Positions 1-8,036 of a stretch of 22,634 bases of DNA are shown here, piece after piece (within the stretch, counting starts at the first letter, position 1; each line of letters starts with the position of its first letter). The notes beneath the pieces were generated by a model. That model was not told the origin of the DNA. It worked only from the letters and a program-made list of their open reading frames with translations, and did no database searches. Both the position numbers and the translations under genes were made by a program. The stretch covers positions 1 to 22,634 of the forward strand of contig JBFXGD010000043.1 of NCBI GenBank assembly GCA_050178385.1. The letters are read 5' to 3'. The DNA is from Calditrichaceae bacterium (GTDB lineage: Bacteria; Calditrichota; Calditrichia; Calditrichales; JBFXGD01).

Positions 1-80
1 TCAAATCTTCGGGTCTCCGGCTGAAATACTGAACACTAATTTAATTTTTGGTTCATTATTATATTATACGGGAGAAAAAT

Positions 81-106
81 AAAAAAAAGGCGGTCAACTG
101 ACCGCC
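81..106 (-). terminator. Rho-independent terminator of the TPR gene
   Basis: Stem GGCGGTC(89-95)/GACCGCC(100-106) with a 4-nt loop. A8 at 81-88 is the U-tract on the minus strand. It lies just past the TPR gene stop at 113. Confidence 0.85.
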
Positions 107-112
107 GAAATA

Positions 113-874
113 TTATTTAAGGTCATCCAGGTATTTTTTAGCCTGAGCTTTATATTCAGGATCATCTGCATCGCTGTTGGCAAGCGAAAGGCAGGTTTCG
201 AATTCTTTTTTTGCCAACCCTTTTTCATCCATTTCTTTATAGGTAATACCCAGCTCAAGATGATGGTTTATATGTTCGGGATGAAGTTCAATCGCTTTTT
301 TAAAATTAAAAACCGCGTTATCATAAGAAGCTTCTTTTGGAACACCTCCCAAAAACAGATTAGCGAATTTTTTTTCGACCCAGCTTAAATTGGAAAGTTT
401 ACGATTCCAGCGTCCAAGTACATGATAAGCAATATCATTCTTCGGATCATATTTAATCGCAAGATCAACATGCTGTTTAATTTCTTTGGAAAGCCTTATT
501 CTCTCCTTTGCGCCGGCATCAAGAGCGACACGGCCGGTGGCAACACTGTAAAATAAATGCCCGTTACTTCCTTCGGGATTTAAAGCAATAGCTTTTTCAG
601 CAAATTCCTTCCCTTTTTTGTAGTTCTCGGCACGCTCATCACCTTCCAGTTTCTCACCGACATCGACAAAAGCGCGCGAACACTTCCATGCCGCTTCATA
701 GTTTGTTGTATCATTCTGAAAGGCTTTGAGGTAAAAATCGAGTGCTTTTTTGTTGTCAAGATTTTTATACGCCATGTCACCCTGTTGCACAAGTGTAGGC
801 GGGGGTGCTTCCTGGGCACTCGCAAAAATGATCATGCTAAACAGAAAAACAGACAAGAATTTCATTGTTTTCAT
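113..874 (-). CDS. Secreted TPR-repeat protein, RMDN/RMD1-3-like
   Basis: Signal peptide MKFLSVFLFSMIIFASA, repeated TPR motifs (KAIALNP, AIKYDP, KAIELHP), and GGAGG upstream of the ATG. Confidence 0.85.
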   Translation of the reverse strand: MKTMKFLSVFLFSMIIFASAQEAPPPTLVQQGDMAYKNLDNKKALDFYLKAFQNDTTNYEAAWKCSRAFVDVGEKLEGDERAENYKKGKEFAEKAIALNPEGSNGHLFYSVATGRVALDAGAKERIRLSKEIKQHVDLAIKYDPKNDIAYHVLGRWNRKLSNLSWVEKKFANLFLGGVPKEASYDNAVFNFKKAIELHPEHINHHLELGITYKEMDEKGLAKKEFETCLSLANSDADDPEYKAQAKKYLDDLK

Positions 875-921
875 CGGGCCTCCAATAGGATTGTGGTTGT
901 TGCGATTTATTATCTACGAAA

Positions 922-2910
922 TTAATGAACAGTATCTATACCGATAATTTTATCACCGGGTACGATTTGATCAATGATATCCAGGCCTTCAACAACCTGT
1001 CCGAATAGAGTGTAATTCCCATTGAGGTGAAATTGTTCCGACTGACAGATGAAAAACTGACATCCACCGGTATCCCATCCTGAAGTGGCGATCCCAACGC
1101 TTCCTCTTATAAAAGGCAGATCGCTGTGTTCAGAGGGAATCGTATACCCCGGACCTCCCCATCCGTTTCCCATCGGATCACCGCCCTGAATGACAAAATC
1201 TGTCACCATTCGATGAAAGGTTAAGTTATTATAGAATTTTTTATTTGCAAGAGTTAAAAAATTATGAACGGTTAAAGGCGCCATCTTTGGATATAATTCC
1301 ATGACCATTGCCCCCTTTTCAGTCCTGATGAGGATTTTTGGATTGGCGCTAAATCTGTTTAATGAGTCGGGGGAAAGGTATGCCGGAGATAAATTTGCCA
1401 GGCTGTCCGCCCGGTATTGATAATTATCATTTTTGCCACTTAAATCCATAAGCGCCTTAAGCACATGCTGGTGGCTGGCATTATCGGCAAGTATCTTTAA
1501 TTCATTTTCAGATAAATCGGCTTTTGTTTTTATAAGCAGCTTAATGATAACTAATTGCAGTTCAGACTCCGACGGTTGTCTGAATTTGGAATACAGTTCA
1601 AGAAGTTTATTAATTGCAACGGGTTGATTTCTATCAATTTTCCAGTCGATTGCCGTGGCGACCGAAGAGAATGATTCTGATTCAAGCAGGGCGATAAAAT
1701 CCGACTGATGAATATTATGCTTGTCCGCCAGAAGACCGAATGCTTTCTCGGCAAGAGCCGGAGACGCGACGTTTACAAACTGATGCAAAAGATCTGTTGC
1801 CAGAGGCATATCTAACAATGAAAGTGTTTCGAGCAGGGATTGTTTAAACGCATCATTCCCCTGATCAAGGTTTTGCATAACAGACCGATAAGCCATGTTT
1901 TTATTAATGCCCGCCATAATTTTTATTACTTCAGCCTTTAAATACATATCTTCTGTCTCATTGATTGTATTTAATAAAATCGCAATGCTTTTTTCCTCTG
2001 AAATTTTCGCCAGCGCCTGTAACGCGGCGAGTTTCAAATGAATATTTTCAGCAGAAGTATATTTTCTGACTAAACTCAGATCGGATGAATCTGCGACGAC
2101 CGGAAACAGGCGTAAAGCATAATATAAAGTTTGCCAGGGTGAGCCCGGCTTAAATGTGTTTGCCAGAGATGATTCAAAATTATTGAACTGAATGCTATCG
2201 GATCGAATGTGCGCGGTTACTAAATCCACATCTTTTGAATACCATCCATCAATTTTTTTATACAAATATTTAGCAGAGTGCACATCAGCATATTTGAGTT
2301 CAGATATCAGAAAATCTAAATCTCTTTGAGGAGTTGAATAAAAATAGAAATATGCCAATTCTTCTGAAACGGGATCTTGTTCATCAATCTCCTCTTTTAT
2401 GCCGAGAACAGAGATACCCCTTTTTGCCGATAGAGCGGCCGCGATAAAAACTTCCTTCTGAATATCAGGATCATTAAAATAGCGCTGAAATAACCGGACA
2501 GATTTTTCACCGCCAAAATTACCTAAAGTCAGCAAAATTGATTTCTTAACACTAATCGGAAGATTGGAAAAGGAAAGATTGCATAAAATATTCTCAGTTT
2601 CAGAATTTCCAATCTGTCCAAGAGAAAAAACGGCTTCTTTTAATAGATCAGGGTTTTTTTCTGTAATCAAAACTTCTTTTAAATGTGGGATAAAAAGTTC
2701 ATCTTTAACCCTTCCCATAGAGCGGATGGTTTCAATCTTTAAATCAATATCGCTTTCGCTATAGATTTTTATGAAGGCATTAATATCCCCGGAGCGGGAA
2801 AATTCAAGTTTTTTCAGGGCGGTCCAACTATCAGGTCGTTGATCATCATTTGATGAACAGCCAATCAAATAAAAAAAGCTCAATAAAACTATAAAATATT
2901 TCGATATCAT
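922..2910 (-). CDS. Lipoprotein with HEAT repeats and a C-terminal cyclophilin-type peptidyl-prolyl isomerase
   Basis: Lipobox LIG-C, HEAT-like repeats (EAVFSLGQIG, AALQALAKI), and cyclophilin motifs FHRMVTDFVIQGGDP, GGCQFFI, HLNGNYTLFGQV. Confidence 0.9.
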   Translation of the reverse strand: MISKYFIVLLSFFYLIGCSSNDDQRPDSWTALKKLEFSRSGDINAFIKIYSESDIDLKIETIRSMGRVKDELFIPHLKEVLITEKNPDLLKEAVFSLGQIGNSETENILCNLSFSNLPISVKKSILLTLGNFGGEKSVRLFQRYFNDPDIQKEVFIAAALSAKRGISVLGIKEEIDEQDPVSEELAYFYFYSTPQRDLDFLISELKYADVHSAKYLYKKIDGWYSKDVDLVTAHIRSDSIQFNNFESSLANTFKPGSPWQTLYYALRLFPVVADSSDLSLVRKYTSAENIHLKLAALQALAKISEEKSIAILLNTINETEDMYLKAEVIKIMAGINKNMAYRSVMQNLDQGNDAFKQSLLETLSLLDMPLATDLLHQFVNVASPALAEKAFGLLADKHNIHQSDFIALLESESFSSVATAIDWKIDRNQPVAINKLLELYSKFRQPSESELQLVIIKLLIKTKADLSENELKILADNASHQHVLKALMDLSGKNDNYQYRADSLANLSPAYLSPDSLNRFSANPKILIRTEKGAMVMELYPKMAPLTVHNFLTLANKKFYNNLTFHRMVTDFVIQGGDPMGNGWGGPGYTIPSEHSDLPFIRGSVGIATSGWDTGGCQFFICQSEQFHLNGNYTLFGQVVEGLDIIDQIVPGDKIIGIDTVH

Positions 2911-3062
2911 CTGAAGCGATTCTTCCCATAAATTGTTTACAAATAATGATTTGTAAATTATAGTGAAAAATAGTTATTTTTGCAATAGATTTTAGTTAGG
3001 GCTCTCTATTTGGAAGTTCTTATAATTACTTGTTTTATGGCATAAGTAGCGTTAAAAAAGGT

Positions 3063-3091
3063 TTGACATCCAAATTAGATTTGGTTAACTT
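3063..3091 (+). promoter_or_regulatory. Sigma70-type promoter for the pilin-like gene
   Basis: TTGACA (3063-3068), 17 nt, then TAACTT (3086-3091), about 70 nt upstream of ATG 3162. The gene has a GGAGG RBS. Confidence 0.6.
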
Positions 3092-3161
3092 GCAAATGTT
3101 TTTTTATACTTAAAATTGCTAAAGTCGCGCTTTTGAATAATATTAATTTGTTGGAGGAAGA

Positions 3162-4844
3162 ATGTCTAATACAGAAGGCAAGGGATCAATTCTTCTTAAA
3201 TTATTGATTCTCGTGTTATTTGTCTTGTTGATCGCGGTAATTATCATACCCGGAAGAATTTGGAATGAAGAAGAAAGCGAAAAAATAGAGGCTCAGAACA
3301 ATATGATGAGCATTTATGAAGCGGAAAGATTTTATCATCGTACAACCGGCGGATTTACCTCTGATCCGGCCGAATTATTAAGACTTGTGCATGATGATTC
3401 AACATTGGTAATGGCACAGACCACAGTGAATTATACACAGGAACTTGCTGGCCATATTGATGATTTCTTAAACATTGCTAAAATTAAAGCTGTGAACAAC
3501 ATTTCACAGAACTCTGCGAGTATTATTGAAGATTTTAATACCAATGCCCGATTCTTAATGACCAATGAAGAAATTAACAATGAAGCTGAAAATTTGAAAT
3601 TAAAATTATCAGTCCTGAATAACGACACGAAATATGAGAATTTTATCCTGACCGCAAACTATGTAGATTCGCTCATACAGCTCAGAAGGGATCTTTCCGA
3701 CTATACACTTCAGTCTGCCGCTTCAAGAGCAGTCGCAATCACGGATACTATCAACAAAATGATCTCAAGAGTAGAGTTTGATAATCTACAAAATGGATGG
3801 GCACCACTCTCATCAAGAATTAAAGATCTGGTAAAATCGATTAACCGTTCATCGATTAAAGATGTTTCCAATGTCTCTGACCGCGTAAAGGATTTTGATG
3901 CTAAGATAGATAAATCATTTTCCGAGATTTCAAAAACAAGCTCTGCTGGAGACACACAGAAAGTTCAGGAAATATCGGTAAAAATTGCTGCTACTTTTCA
4001 AAAATTCTTAATGGATTTCATCAACACGAGCAGAATTGCGCTCTACAGATTGTCGGAGGCCGATTCTATGGTCATGCATCTGACGGAGGCAAATTTTTAT
4101 AGTCCCGTGTCGCGCAAAATGTACTATATTACCATATTGGATGATTCCGGCGCCGTTAAAGTGGAAAGTCCGGAGTTGCTGGAAGATTTGAAATCTTTGA
4201 CCATGCCTATTGTTGAAAAGTCAAAAAGCCTACCAATTTTGCCGGCATTTAAAGCGTATGTGGATACGGTTAACGGCATCAAAAACAAATCCATGGCGGT
4301 GAAACAGGAAATTCGTAAGAACGTAGATATTTTTGTTAAAAACAGGCAAATTGAAGAACTTACAAATAAGCTTGCAGATCTGAGTGTGGTTAACTCATAT
4401 ACAGATCTGGACAAATTTGTAAAAGAAGTACCAAATTCAAACAGTTATAGTGACATCAAGCTTTATTCTGAAAATGCCCTCAGCAGCGTCCGGATATTCG
4501 ATCAGGTTTACACGGAAAATATTTTCGGGAACTTAGATTCACTTCACTCGGATCTGGTTAAGATTCTGGAAGAATATAATCAGCAGTTAAACGGAATTCG
4601 AAGGCTTCCGACCGGTGTAAAAAACTTTGATGAAGATATTGCGGCATTAAATAATTCATTTGGGAAGATTAAATCAATTTCCGGAGCTTCTGTTACCCCG
4701 ATCTTAAAATCGCTGGAGACTGAACTGGGAGAGGTGTATCTTTTTGCTTCTGAAGGTAAATCTGAAAATGAATACGGTCTGTTTAAGAAACAAATCGAGA
4801 ATTTCGGTTATATCTATAAAGACACCAAAAGCTGGGAAGAATAG
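3162..4844 (+). CDS. Large type IV pilin-like membrane-anchored protein with two internal helical repeats
   Basis: KG|SILLKLLILVLFVLLIAVIIIP resembles a class III signal with Pro at +22. It is followed by the pilin-like segment EAQNNMMSIYEAERFYHRTTGGFTSDPAEL. The CDS is well supported (GGAGG RBS); the product is inferred by eye. Confidence 0.6.
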   Translation: MSNTEGKGSILLKLLILVLFVLLIAVIIIPGRIWNEEESEKIEAQNNMMSIYEAERFYHRTTGGFTSDPAELLRLVHDDSTLVMAQTTVNYTQELAGHIDDFLNIAKIKAVNNISQNSASIIEDFNTNARFLMTNEEINNEAENLKLKLSVLNNDTKYENFILTANYVDSLIQLRRDLSDYTLQSAASRAVAITDTINKMISRVEFDNLQNGWAPLSSRIKDLVKSINRSSIKDVSNVSDRVKDFDAKIDKSFSEISKTSSAGDTQKVQEISVKIAATFQKFLMDFINTSRIALYRLSEADSMVMHLTEANFYSPVSRKMYYITILDDSGAVKVESPELLEDLKSLTMPIVEKSKSLPILPAFKAYVDTVNGIKNKSMAVKQEIRKNVDIFVKNRQIEELTNKLADLSVVNSYTDLDKFVKEVPNSNSYSDIKLYSENALSSVRIFDQVYTENIFGNLDSLHSDLVKILEEYNQQLNGIRRLPTGVKNFDEDIAALNNSFGKIKSISGASVTPILKSLETELGEVYLFASEGKSENEYGLFKKQIENFGYIYKDTKSWEE

Positions 4845-4870
4845 AAGTCTAATGTATAAAGAAATAAATG

Positions 4871-4897
4871 AAGGAGGGAATTTTCCCTCCTTTTTTT
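4871..4897 (+). terminator. Rho-independent terminator
   Basis: Stem GGAGGGA/TCCCTCC followed by T7 (4891-4897). Confidence 0.85.
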
Positions 4898-4913
4898 AAT
4901 TAGAAAACACATC

Positions 4914-5834
4914 ATGAAAAATATCTTTGGCATATCATTCTCAGACAACGGCATGCATCTGGTTCAATTCCGGACAGACGCCGGAGTTAGTCAATTTATA
5001 AAATCCAGCCACTTTCCCTATCCTTTCGATTTTCGCTTCGACAGTTTTATAAAAAAAGAAAATTTTAATAAATTAGCAGAATTAGTTTTAAAGGAAAAAA
5101 GCAGCCAGGCGTTTGATAATTTAGAGATTGATATCACCATTCCTTATAATTTCGCGTTTGTAAAAAAAGTGTCCCTTCCAAAGGAAATTATCGGAGATCT
5201 TCTGCGTGTTCAAATAGAATGGGAGTTAATTAATTATCTGCCGGATGACATCGCCAATTATAAAATTAACCTTGGGAATGAATTTGTTTTTGATGATTAC
5301 CGGGAGTTAATTGTAATTGCGATCAAAAGATCCGTAATCAGAGAATTAAATGAGTTTGCTCTTCAATGTGAAGGAAATCTTAGCTCATTGAGTCTGAATA
5401 ATTTCGCGGTTGAGAATTATCTCAATCGTCATGGCTTAAATGATCATCAAAAAAATCAGTTGATATTTAAGGTCAATCGTTACTCTATTGAAACACATTT
5501 TATGTTGAGTGGTGAATATTACACATCTTTTTTAGATAATATTAATACTTTAAGCGGACATCAAAATAAGGACCAAAAAGTTCTTGAGAAGATGGTAGAA
5601 CGGTTTAAGGAACTGGAAAATCTGTCCAATCAGTTATCGGCCGAAAGTCAAAGAGAGTTACAGGTTTATATCTATGGCCCCTCTGTTGTCGATTCAACGT
5701 TTGACCTTCTGCGGAAAAATTTTTCAATCGAGTTAAAAAGGATAGAAACGGATAAATATCCGGTTGATGTTCCAGACGGAATCAGTTATGTTGAAGCAAT
5801 CGGTTCTGTTCTTCGAAACTCGGATGATGCATAA
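4914..5834 (+). CDS. PilM-like (actin/FtsA-fold) protein, degenerate
   Basis: PilM-like pattern: FGISFSD, ITIPYNFAFVKKVSLP, QIEWELINYLP, LIVIAIKRSVI, LSLNNFAVENY, VYIYG, C-terminal YVEAIGSVLR. Confidence 0.65.
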   Translation: MKNIFGISFSDNGMHLVQFRTDAGVSQFIKSSHFPYPFDFRFDSFIKKENFNKLAELVLKEKSSQAFDNLEIDITIPYNFAFVKKVSLPKEIIGDLLRVQIEWELINYLPDDIANYKINLGNEFVFDDYRELIVIAIKRSVIRELNEFALQCEGNLSSLSLNNFAVENYLNRHGLNDHQKNQLIFKVNRYSIETHFMLSGEYYTSFLDNINTLSGHQNKDQKVLEKMVERFKELENLSNQLSAESQRELQVYIYGPSVVDSTFDLLRKNFSIELKRIETDKYPVDVPDGISYVEAIGSVLRNSDDA

Positions 5835-5848
5835 ATTTGGAGGTATGA

Positions 5849-6979
5849 ATGGGAAAGTACAATCTTTTGGAAGATGACGAACTGTTTTCATCGAAGAAAC
5901 CGGAAGACAAGGAGACAGACGACAATAAAAAGACGGAAAAGGATGAAATATATTATGATGCTCTTGAAAAAGACGAGCCGATAAATATTGATGAGAGCAA
6001 AGATAAAAATACAGACCGATTCGAGCGACGTGAGGTAATTGATCTTACCAATGATTCAGAAACGTCCGGAAGCTTGTTTGATATTGATCAGGATGATGCG
6101 GCCCCGACAGAACCAAAAATTTCCAGATTTGATGAAGAGCAGCCGCCGGTTATGAAAGAAAAAAAACCTTCTTTTATTCCGGATGAAAGCTTTTTTGATG
6201 AAAAACCGGATGCCATCAACTATAAGCCGATACTGATCGGAGCCGGAATAGTGGCTTTGCTCTTTATCGTTTATCTTGGATTAAACCAGTGGGTTTTTAA
6301 CGATGATACCGGCAAGAAGCCCGCGGCTGAAATTGTTGAAGAGCAACCGGTTGTTTCTCAGGAAGAATTAGAAAAAGCAAGATTTCTTGGATTACTGGCG
6401 GACAGAACAGGAAATGAGCTTTCTTTTATCGGCAATATCCTAAACTTTAGCGGTCCAAGTATCAATCTGTCCAGTATTCTTCTTTATGACAATTCATTTT
6501 TGTTTGAAGTCTTTGGTAAAAGCAGAGATGACCTGGCGAAACTCAGTCTTGATCTGAAAAATAAATACAGAGACAAAAAATTTATTATCCTGTCTTCAAG
6601 TCAACGGCCAGGAAAAAACGGAGGTATTTTCGGGTTATATACAGCGGAAATGAATGGATCGCCCCAGGCCAAACAGCTGAGTTTAGAATTAAACGGTGTT
6701 GATGACGCCAGCGCGTGGCTGGCGGATCTTACGCGCAAAAACGGCTTAAAGATGAATTCAATAAAGAGCGGGCCTGTTGTATCACAAAATAATTTCAGGG
6801 TATATGAACTGGACGCCGTGATCTCAGGTACTCTTGATGGGTGCAAGTCATTAATGAATTCAATCGGATCCTCCGCCAGCAATATTAAAATACACAAATT
6901 GACATTATCAGCAGCAGATCAAAAAACATTCAAACTCAGTAAATACCAGCTCAAACTGATTGTACAGGTTTTTGTTTAG
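5849..6979 (+). CDS. Bitopic membrane protein, putative PilN-PilO-like fusion
   Basis: GGAGG RBS; N-terminal YNLL; acidic low-complexity aa ~8-125; TM helix aa ~128-146; two alpha/beta domains with PilN-like (aa ~190-268) and PilO-like (aa ~285-376) patterning. Confidence 0.55.
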   Translation: MGKYNLLEDDELFSSKKPEDKETDDNKKTEKDEIYYDALEKDEPINIDESKDKNTDRFERREVIDLTNDSETSGSLFDIDQDDAAPTEPKISRFDEEQPPVMKEKKPSFIPDESFFDEKPDAINYKPILIGAGIVALLFIVYLGLNQWVFNDDTGKKPAAEIVEEQPVVSQEELEKARFLGLLADRTGNELSFIGNILNFSGPSINLSSILLYDNSFLFEVFGKSRDDLAKLSLDLKNKYRDKKFIILSSSQRPGKNGGIFGLYTAEMNGSPQAKQLSLELNGVDDASAWLADLTRKNGLKMNSIKSGPVVSQNNFRVYELDAVISGTLDGCKSLMNSIGSSASNIKIHKLTLSAADQKTFKLSKYQLKLIVQVFV

Positions 6980-6982
6980 AAA

Positions 6983-7540
6983 ATGAGAATTATTTCAGGG
7001 ATTTACAAGGGAAGGCGCTTAAGAAGCAGCGATGATCTTTCAATAAGACCGACAATGGACCGGGTAAAGGAAGATATATTTAACATTCTGCAGGATTTTC
7101 CGGTTGGGAAAAGTGTAATTGATTTGTTTGCCGGAAGTGGAAATCTGGGGCTGGAGGCGCTTAGCAGAGGGGCGGAAAAAATTTATTTTGTTGAGAAAGC
7201 TCCGTCTTCCATAAAAATTCTAACATCCAACCTTGAACATTTAAAGATCAGCCCTAATCAAAATGAAATCATCCGGAATGACGCGATTAATTTTGCGAAG
7301 TCCACAAACCTCTCGGTTGATCTTTGTTTAATGGACCCGCCGTTTGTTTATCCCCCGATTCAGGAATTGGTCGATACGCTTTTTAGCCGAAATGTCATAA
7401 GCCAAACAGGAATCCTTGTCCTGGAGCATGAAACGACAAATCCAATATTGATGGAATCTTTAAACTATAATATTCTGAAACAAAAGAGAGTTGGCAGGAG
7501 TTTATTATCATTTCTTGAAAAGAGGAAAAATAATGAGTGA
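6983..7540 (+). CDS. rsmD: 16S rRNA (guanine966-N2)-methyltransferase
   Basis: MRIISGIYKGRRL, IRPTMDRVKE, DLFAGSGNLGLEALSRGA, DPPF. Conserved adjacency to coaD. Confidence 0.95.
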   Translation: MRIISGIYKGRRLRSSDDLSIRPTMDRVKEDIFNILQDFPVGKSVIDLFAGSGNLGLEALSRGAEKIYFVEKAPSSIKILTSNLEHLKISPNQNEIIRNDAINFAKSTNLSVDLCLMDPPFVYPPIQELVDTLFSRNVISQTGILVLEHETTNPILMESLNYNILKQKRVGRSLLSFLEKRKNNE

Positions 7541-8036
7541 TTTGAAAGTCGCCATTTATCCGGGAACTTTTGATCCGATAACTCTCGGGCATATAGATAT
7601 CATTGAACGGGCCAGCCGTTTGTTCGATAAGGTGATCGTAACCCTGGCGATAAACCAGACAAAAGAACCGCTTTTTACTGAATCTGAACGGATCGATATG
7701 ATCGAAAACGCATGTCAAAATTTTTCCAATGTTTCAGTGGATAAGTTTGATGGATTATTAGTAAATTTCGCATTAGAACAGAAGGCAATAGGAATTATCA
7801 GAGGACTGCGAGCGGTGTCTGATTTCGAATATGAATTTCAGATGGCCCTAATGAACAGGCAATTGGCACACAATATAACAACCGTTTTTCTTATGCCGAA
7901 TGAGAAGTATACCTATTTAAATTCGACTATTGTAAAAGATGTCGCAAGATTTGGCGGAAATGTTGAAAAATTTGTAACTAAATATGTTTCTGATAAACTA
8001 TTAGATAAAATGAAAGTTAAAGGTATAGGACAATGA
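7533..8036 (+). CDS. coaD: Pantetheine-phosphate adenylyltransferase
   Basis: AIYPGTFDPITLGHIDII and IIRGLRAVSDFEYEFQMALMNR. Start moved from 7491 to ATG 7533, which has GAGG upstream and overlaps the rsmD stop. Confidence 0.97.
   Translation: MSDLKVAIYPGTFDPITLGHIDIIERASRLFDKVIVTLAINQTKEPLFTESERIDMIENACQNFSNVSVDKFDGLLVNFALEQKAIGIIRGLRAVSDFEYEFQMALMNRQLAHNITTVFLMPNEKYTYLNSTIVKDVARFGGNVEKFVTKYVSDKLLDKMKVKGIGQ

Noticed and set aside
1..82. Possible 3' end of a + strand gene at the window start
   Set aside because: Several frames are open for short stretches and none is identifiable.
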